Below are positions 59,001-64,000 of a stretch of 64,000 nucleotides of DNA, one piece after another (the first letter of the stretch is position 1; each line of letters begins with the position of its first letter). Both the position numbers and the translations under genes were made by a program. Source of the DNA: a bacterium (GTDB lineage: Bacteria > UBA10199 > 2-02-FULL-50-16 > JAJFLM01); contig CBDCFN010000016.1 in NCBI GenBank assembly GCA_965216315.1, positions 1,504,001-1,568,000 of the forward strand. Direction: 5' to 3'. The notes under the pieces were generated by a model. The model did not search any database. It was given only the letters and a program-made list of their open reading frames with translations, and had not been told where the DNA came from.

Positions 59001-59526
59001 GCGTTCCATCCCGCAGGATGAAGAATACTTAAAACGCTTCTTTGGCAAAGATATTGCTGAAGGTAAAATTGAATCTGTCTTCGACATCCGTGATGTCTGG
59101 CCCGAGAACTACAGTGCTAACAGCGCGCAAAAAGTCTGGTCCGTCAAATTTGCATCACGCCACCCCAATGTCGCGATCTTGGACCTATCCAGCTTTAAGT
59201 GCGGTCATGATGCGCCTACTTATGGCATCCATGACAAGATTGTTTCAACGAGCAACACTCCCTACTCCGCCCTGCATGATATTGATGCCAACAAACCGGG
59301 AGGCTCAATCAAAATCCGCGTCAAGACCTACACCCATTCGCTTTCGTTGCGTGAAGAGGTCCTCGATGACCTCACCAAGAAAAAACAGGAATTAGAGCGT
59401 CGGATTGCAGCCAAACGTTCAGAACTGCTTGGAAAGCAATCGTCTCCAACAACGACGGATGAAATCGTATTACCAATTTATCAAGCCGAAACCGAGGAGG
59501 AAAAATATGCAGCCTCAAACTTCTAG
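56011..59526 (+). CDS. CoA-substrate-specific enzyme activase (two BadF/BcrA-D ATPase domains plus DUF2229-like domain), PlsA-like
   Basis: GVDVGSTTVK and GLDGGSTSSK ASKHA motifs, ELGGQDAK / DIGGQDIK, NDKCASGTG / NQCSAGNG, CHFCPNNC, DPCYPSKV, SSFKCGHD; GGAG SD before ATG 56011. Confidence 0.88.
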   Translation: MAQKLMIGVDVGSTTVKATVVDPETLDILWSDYQRHETKQPEKVLEFLVRIGNEFNDVAQEDIRLFLTGSGSAPLCEPLGGKFVQEVNSVTLAVEKLHPDVGSVVELGGQDAKIIIFKENQETGEKQAITSMNDKCASGTGATIDKCMIKAGVDNDFSSKLVFNGDKLHHVAAKCGVFAETDIVNLVKSGIPSDEILNSLADAIVMQNLSVLTRGNTLRHKVLLLGGPNCYLPFLQECWRKRIPETWNERNYDYPKDVPIEDIIIVPENAQYYAAYGAVLYGTYEPAEAGVYKGLNELKNFINFGRKAKLGEQAGKPLVANEAELEAFKEDYTIPQFKPQVIEAGSVVKGYVGLDGGSTSSKAVLVDEAGEIILKAYQLSKGNPIQDTKEILKQMKDYITDQGATLEVLGFGATGYAADVLESSLKSDVNIVETVAHMMSAVHFFGDVDVICDIGGQDIKVLFMKNGDIKNFKLSNQCSAGNGMLLQAMADQFGIKVQDYADVAFGADLAPKFSYGCAVFLDSDRVNFQKEGFSKEELLSGLAQVLPKNVWQYVVQIPRMAELGRRFVLQGGTQYNLAAVKAQVDYIKERVPGAEVLVHPHCGEAGAIGAAMETRRVVQRRGYSTFVGLDSGIDLKYISRNDESTVCHFCPNNCSRTFIDTETPDGDTARYISGFSCEKGTVESKEEMVKLSKKRNELKKEFPNLVDYEAKALYRTYTKDPMPEDGDVYEDIKVKRGFFGLGNVKRIPYTRTFQRSSEAAWEKRKDIRIAIPRVLNIWSTAPMWRAYFESLGIPSKNVVWSDYTSEEMWTEGGKYGSIDPCYPSKVAQAHIHNILFHKHSDEKPINYLFFPILTHVESFMDHVVDTACCPIVSGAPEVMKAAFTKENDFFAERNMTYFDPALTMNEPTLFKKQMFEAFQPLLDMTEDESDFAVDQGWKALRTVDKDLQTRGREILDWAEKEGKMTLLMVGRPYHLDPGLNHEVLDEFQVRGYPVLSMRSIPQDEEYLKRFFGKDIAEGKIESVFDIRDVWPENYSANSAQKVWSVKFASRHPNVAILDLSSFKCGHDAPTYGIHDKIVSTSNTPYSALHDIDANKPGGSIKIRVKTYTHSLSLREEVLDDLTKKKQELERRIAAKRSELLGKQSSPTTTDEIVLPIYQAETEEEKYAASNF

Positions 59527-61159
59527 CAAACTGAAAGCGCAGCTTCCAGTTTACAATAGTAAGGGGGAAGAAAACTCTCTCCCCCCTTACAACCCCTCAT
59601 CGAATGCTCAGATAGAAGAGAAACTTGCACAATTTGAGCATGAAACACGTAAGGAACTTGGTCTTGATCTCGCTATCGACAAGGAACAGTGGAACGACAC
59701 GATCAACCGCGATTTCTTCGCGGACCAGCGAGAACACACCACGATTCTTGTTTCCGGGCTGACCATGGCCCACGATAATTTTGTCCAAGCGGGACTTGCG
59801 GGACTGGGTTACAAAATCAAAGCGCTGGATTGCCCTGACAATGAGGCCCTCCAGTTCGGAAAAGAATACGGCAACCGCGGGCAATGCAATCCAACCTATT
59901 TCACTGTCGGTAATCTGGTCAAATACCTATGTCAGTTACGTGATCAAGGGATGACCGAAAAAGAAATCATTGACTCACACGTTTTTCTTACCGCGGGCGC
60001 CTGTGGCCCGTGTCGCTTCGGCATGTATGTCACGGAATACCGCAAGGCCCTCAATGATGCCGGGTTTGAAGGTTTCCGCGTTATGCTCTTTGATGCCAAT
60101 GGAGGCATGTCGCAGGCAACCGGCCGTGAAGTTGGTCTCAAAATGGACCGCGCGTTCTTCCTGACCTTGGCCAAAGCCATCATTACAGGAGATGCCCTCA
60201 ACGCCATTATGTATCGCATTCGCCCCTACGAAGTTGTTGAAGGCAGCACTGATGAAGCGATTGAAGATTGCCGCGCCTATATTATGACGGCTCTCAAAGA
60301 GAAAAAATCACTTCTAAGAGCGCTCTGGCGCTGCCGCAAACGCTTACAACAAATTGAAGTCGATCGAACGATGGTAAAGCCTAAAGTCAGTATTATTGGT
60401 GAATTCTGGGCCATGACAACGGAAGGTGAAGGCAACTATCGTCTCCAACGTTTCTTGGAACAAGAAGGAGCCGAGGTCGATATCCAACTCATCGTCGGTT
60501 GGATCCTCTACAACCTGTGGCAAGCGCGCGTCGACACACGTCAACGCATGCGGCTCCGCCATGCCGACATGGACGCTCGCAAGGGACTCAAAACAACACA
60601 AGTCGCCAAAAAATTCCTGCTCTTGAATGTAGCGGAATGGGTCCTCAAAGGAACGTTTTACACTATCGGTAAGATCCTTGGGCTCAAGAACTATCATTTG
60701 CCCAACATGGAAGAAAATGCAGAGCTTGCCTCTGAGCACTACAATAATGAACTGCGCGGCGGTGAGGGCCACATGGAAGTCGGCAAACTTATCCAAACGG
60801 TCATCCATGACAAGGCCCACATGGTTATCTCCGTGAAACCATTTGGGTGCATGCCCTCTTCCGGCGTCTCGGACGGCGTCCAAAGCATCATTACGGAAAG
60901 GTATCCGGAGGCCATCTTCCTCCCGATCGAAACTTCGGGTGATGGCGCAGTAAACGTTTACAGTCGGATTCAGATGATGCTCTTTAAAGCGAAACGAGCT
61001 GCAGAATTGGAATATGAAAACCTGCTCAAAAAGAAAGGGCTCACTCTTGAGAAAGTGAAGGCGAAGATTGCGCGCAGTCGCCGCTTGAGTAAAACGACTC
61101 ACTACGCACCCCATAAGGCAGCGGGTACCGCCGCTAACTTCCTGCACGAAGCGGCCTAA
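59507..61159 (+). CDS. 2-hydroxyacyl-CoA dehydratase/reductase-like subunit, PlsR-like
   Basis: GAGGAGG SD; GQCNPTYFTVG, GACGPCRFGMY, GGEGHMEVG, VKPFGCMP; overlaps the upstream gene. Confidence 0.85.
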   Translation: MQPQTSSKLKAQLPVYNSKGEENSLPPYNPSSNAQIEEKLAQFEHETRKELGLDLAIDKEQWNDTINRDFFADQREHTTILVSGLTMAHDNFVQAGLAGLGYKIKALDCPDNEALQFGKEYGNRGQCNPTYFTVGNLVKYLCQLRDQGMTEKEIIDSHVFLTAGACGPCRFGMYVTEYRKALNDAGFEGFRVMLFDANGGMSQATGREVGLKMDRAFFLTLAKAIITGDALNAIMYRIRPYEVVEGSTDEAIEDCRAYIMTALKEKKSLLRALWRCRKRLQQIEVDRTMVKPKVSIIGEFWAMTTEGEGNYRLQRFLEQEGAEVDIQLIVGWILYNLWQARVDTRQRMRLRHADMDARKGLKTTQVAKKFLLLNVAEWVLKGTFYTIGKILGLKNYHLPNMEENAELASEHYNNELRGGEGHMEVGKLIQTVIHDKAHMVISVKPFGCMPSSGVSDGVQSIITERYPEAIFLPIETSGDGAVNVYSRIQMMLFKAKRAAELEYENLLKKKGLTLEKVKAKIARSRRLSKTTHYAPHKAAGTAANFLHEAA

Positions 61160-61247
61160 ATCCCCCTTAGTCCCCCTTTACAAAGGGGGAGATAGCGGTA
61201 TCCACTTGGTGTCCCTCCCTTTTGCAAAGGGAGGCCAGGAGGGATTT
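61158..61247. repeat. Inverted doublet of CCCCCTTT...AAAGGGGG palindromes; likely also terminator
   Basis: AAATCCCCCTTAGTCCCCCTTTACAAAGGGGGA ... CCCTCCCTTTTGCAAAGGGAGGCCAGGAGGGATTT. Confidence 0.8.
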
Positions 61248-61315
61248 AAGCTGCAGCTATAATCCTTTATTTTTCAGTGGGTTAGCCCACCCATTTTAGA
61301 GCAACCGCTCTAAGC

Positions 61316-61342
61316 GCAACTTTTCAGCTCAACGGACGAATA
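61316..61342 (+). promoter_or_regulatory. Sigma28-like promoter, copy 6
   Basis: GCAACTTT-N11-GACGAATA, upstream of the hybrid kinase. Confidence 0.6.
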
Positions 61343-61433
61343 CCCTAACCCCCGGTGTTTCTTGGGTTTTGGCGGGGTATTGGTGAGGTTTTGGTCGGCC
61401 TCGATTCGCAGTCGTGTTTGGGTATTTACTGAT

Positions 61434-63680
61434 ATGATCATCCAATCTGGCGCCTTACAGCAACTTATCCTTGGCTTGAATATTGCCACAGCACAGCACC
61501 GTAGCGGCGTCGACACCCTGTCCGTTTTTCAGGATTTCCAACCCGGCATTGCCCAGTTGCAAGGTGCTGCTGACGAGGTGGAACCGGGACTGGCCCCCCT
61601 CATCGAACCATTCACCTCGCTGAGCGATGATGCAACTCCAGAGAGCGTCTCGGCTGCCTTCTATGAAGCCTCGGTACAGTTATTGAAGATAACGGGAGAC
61701 AGCGACCGCAGCGGACTCTCCGTGCTCGCGGATGATATGCGCAAGGCCTGGAGGACGCCTAGACAACGCGTCATCGAAGTCTTCCGTAGCTTCCACGAAG
61801 AATCACCGGAACCCATGGGCGTGCTGGAGTGGCATGAGGATGGCAGCGCCGAACTCGTCACCCTCAATCGCATCAATCGCGCATTTCAAGGTCTGGACGA
61901 AAAAGAAATCGCCGGCGTCAGTGTATTTCGCTTCTTTCATCCTGAAACCGAACCCCTCGTGCGCGCATTCATTCAAGACATCGGCATCAAAGGCAATGCC
62001 TTTGCGGCGGGTGTACGGATGCGTCGTCATAGTGGTGAAGAGATCCTCGTCGACATGCGGGCCACCCGCATCGGTAGTTCCCGATACGCCCATTTTTCCG
62101 TCGTTAATGAGACCCCCCGCGAAAAGGCCATGAGCCTCAATCAAATTGTAGAAGCGGCGCTCAGCAGAACGGATGATGCCATTGTCTTATTTAAATTCTA
62201 TGCTAATGGGCGCCCGGAGGGAATCCTCACCAGCGCGGGATTTAGTCGCATGCTCGGCTACAATAATGCCGAAATGGAAGACGCCGGGGTTAAAGTGCTC
62301 GAAGCGATACCTGAGAGCGCCCATGCAGCGTTAGGCAGGCACCTGCAGCGCTTTAATGAAACGGGGACTTTCGACTGGCAAGAGGCCCCACTTGTAAAGC
62401 GCGACGGAGAACAAATCTCTGTTGACATCTATGCGAAGGCTGTCGAGGTCAAGGGAACTAAATATGCATTCGGATTTTTCAGGGATGCTAAGGAAAGACT
62501 CGATAGTGAGCGCGCCGCTGTCGAGGCCCAGCAACTCGAGCTCTTTCACAAGCTCGCCGGCCGATTGGCACATGACATCAACAACAACCTCACAATCGTA
62601 CTCGCGGGCGTCACACTGGATGAGAATCAAAACGACCCTGAATTACGTGAAACCATGTCTCAAATGATTCTGATGTCCTCAAAATCACTGACGAGTTTTC
62701 GCCGCCTGACGGACAGCCATGCCCAGGATGAACCGGTTAATATAAATGAACAGCAATCAGCATGGGTGATACGGTTGGCAACGGGACAACTGAGCAGTGA
62801 TGTTGACATTCAATTTGACCTTGAACCTGAACCATGGCTCGTCGCCGGCCCGGACAATTCCTTCCAACAAATCCAACTCAACATCATTAAAAACGCGATG
62901 GAAGCGATGGCCGAATCTCCGATAAAAAAGTTGAGGATCAGTACGGAAAAAATACGCATCCAAAGCGAGGAAGTCTTGCGACGCCTTGATCCCACCCGAT
63001 CATTTCCCAAGGCTGCACCCGGCGATTATATGAAACTATCGATCACGGACACCGGCTCCGGTATTCCTCCGGACTTCCTACCGGAAATTTTCAAGGATTT
63101 TACTTCCAGTAAAAGCGGTGATGATGCCAACCGGGGACGTGGCCTCGCCGCCTCTCACCGTGCCGTCAAAGCACGGGGAGGGCTGATCAGCGTCCGATCG
63201 ACACCAGGGAAAGGCACGCGTTTTGATGTCTACTTACCCCGTGTATGGGACGAAGATAAAGCATCAACTACAGCCGTTTTTCTCCCTAATCATCTATACA
63301 GCCCCGGCAATGAGGTCATCCTCGTTGCCGATGACGATGAGGACATTCAAAATCAATATAAGCGCATCTTGAAATTCTATAAATACTCTGAGGCCATCTA
63401 CGTCTCCAGCACGGACGACGTACTGGAACAAGTCCGGACTCGGCCCGATATCACCGCCGTCATTATGGACTGGCGCATGCCCGGCATTACCGCCGACGAC
63501 CTCATTTCTGAACTCGCTGCGGTCAATCCGCAGCTTCCCATTCTCGTTAACACAGGCCTTATTCCCGATGATGCCGACATCCGCTATCCTCACCTGAAGT
63601 TTATCACGAAGCCCGTCACCGGCAGCGCTGTCTCCACCGCCCTCCGTGAGATCATCGATAAGGATAAAAAATTAGGCTAA
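61434..63680 (+). CDS. Hybrid sensor histidine kinase (two PAS-like domains, kinase, receiver)
   Basis: LAGRLAHDINNNLT H-box, NIIKNAMEAM, DTGSGIP, GRGLA, GKGTRFDVYLP, receiver ILVADDD...MDWRMPG...ITKP; likely ATG at 61434. Confidence 0.92.
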   Translation: MIIQSGALQQLILGLNIATAQHRSGVDTLSVFQDFQPGIAQLQGAADEVEPGLAPLIEPFTSLSDDATPESVSAAFYEASVQLLKITGDSDRSGLSVLADDMRKAWRTPRQRVIEVFRSFHEESPEPMGVLEWHEDGSAELVTLNRINRAFQGLDEKEIAGVSVFRFFHPETEPLVRAFIQDIGIKGNAFAAGVRMRRHSGEEILVDMRATRIGSSRYAHFSVVNETPREKAMSLNQIVEAALSRTDDAIVLFKFYANGRPEGILTSAGFSRMLGYNNAEMEDAGVKVLEAIPESAHAALGRHLQRFNETGTFDWQEAPLVKRDGEQISVDIYAKAVEVKGTKYAFGFFRDAKERLDSERAAVEAQQLELFHKLAGRLAHDINNNLTIVLAGVTLDENQNDPELRETMSQMILMSSKSLTSFRRLTDSHAQDEPVNINEQQSAWVIRLATGQLSSDVDIQFDLEPEPWLVAGPDNSFQQIQLNIIKNAMEAMAESPIKKLRISTEKIRIQSEEVLRRLDPTRSFPKAAPGDYMKLSITDTGSGIPPDFLPEIFKDFTSSKSGDDANRGRGLAASHRAVKARGGLISVRSTPGKGTRFDVYLPRVWDEDKASTTAVFLPNHLYSPGNEVILVADDDEDIQNQYKRILKFYKYSEAIYVSSTDDVLEQVRTRPDITAVIMDWRMPGITADDLISELAAVNPQLPILVNTGLIPDDADIRYPHLKFITKPVTGSAVSTALREIIDKDKKLG

Positions 63681-63858
63681 GCCTGATAGTTGGGATAAGT
63701 ATTTAGACACGGCTATAACAAGTTGCGTCATCTAATTGATATCACCGTCTTTTCTCTTTTTGTTCGCCTCAAAATTGCGTATAATGCTCCCACGCTGAAA
63801 GTTATGATTTGCATCATGTTGAAGCGACATGTCGTTAGAGCTGCAGCGTGAGGGAGTG

Positions 63859-64000
63859 ATGGAAGAGTTATCGATAGCGGAAAATTTTCAACGGTATTTT
63901 ACCGTTGTGCTTGCCAATAGTGACGAGCTGAGAAACGCGGCCTATCAGCTTCGCTATCGCGTCTACTGTGAAGAATTTGGCTTTGAGCAGGCTGAAAAAT
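63859..64000 (+). CDS. N-acyl amino acid synthase / PEP-CTERM-system-associated acyltransferase-like (partial, runs off window)
   Basis: GGGAG SD; MEELSIAENFQRYFTVVLANSDELRNAAYQLRYRVYCEEFGFE. Confidence 0.7.
   Translation, partial: MEELSIAENFQRYFTVVLANSDELRNAAYQLRYRVYCEEFGFEQAEK

Noticed and set aside
60344..61147. 267-aa antisense ORF
   Set aside because: Entirely opposite a well-supported gene; no recognisable motifs.
55083..64000. Genomic island integrated at tRNA-Leu
   Set aside because: No integrase and no duplicated tRNA 3' end seen.

Overview
Bacterial chromosomal window, probably from a deltaproteobacteria-like lineage (inferred from the futalosine menaquinone genes, ptsP, a sigma54 promoter and the repeat types). 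The first 21 kb hold two paralogous giant fibre or adhesin genes. One is >4,500 aa and open off the left edge; the other is 2,152 aa with collagen tracts. A REP-associated tyrosine transposase (RAYT) lies between them. Housekeeping genes follow: pgsA, nadB, dnaJ and dnaK (divergent), mqnA, mqnC, ptsP, a deaminase-menG-ubiX-ubiA-family block, tRNA-Cys and tRNA-Leu. There is also a RES/Xre toxin-antitoxin pair, a PlsA/PlsR-like activase/dehydratase pair and a hybrid kinase. Two patterns are not explained by ordinary annotation. (1) Six dispersed transcription units share a sigma28-like promoter, RCAACHTT-N11-nnCGA, with invariant spacing. Six of their seven proteins (three divergent acyltransferases, a HAD-like protein and two orphans) begin with a related uncharged Ser/Thr-rich leader resembling LLASS, with no Sec-type basic n-region. 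This suggests an undescribed co-regulated secreted-effector system. (2) Several unrelated palindromic repeat families sit in frame inside protein-coding genes, including a 27-bp REP identical to one inside the RAYT gene. No CRISPR array, rRNA or prophage was seen. All calls come from reading the sequence by eye, with no database searches.
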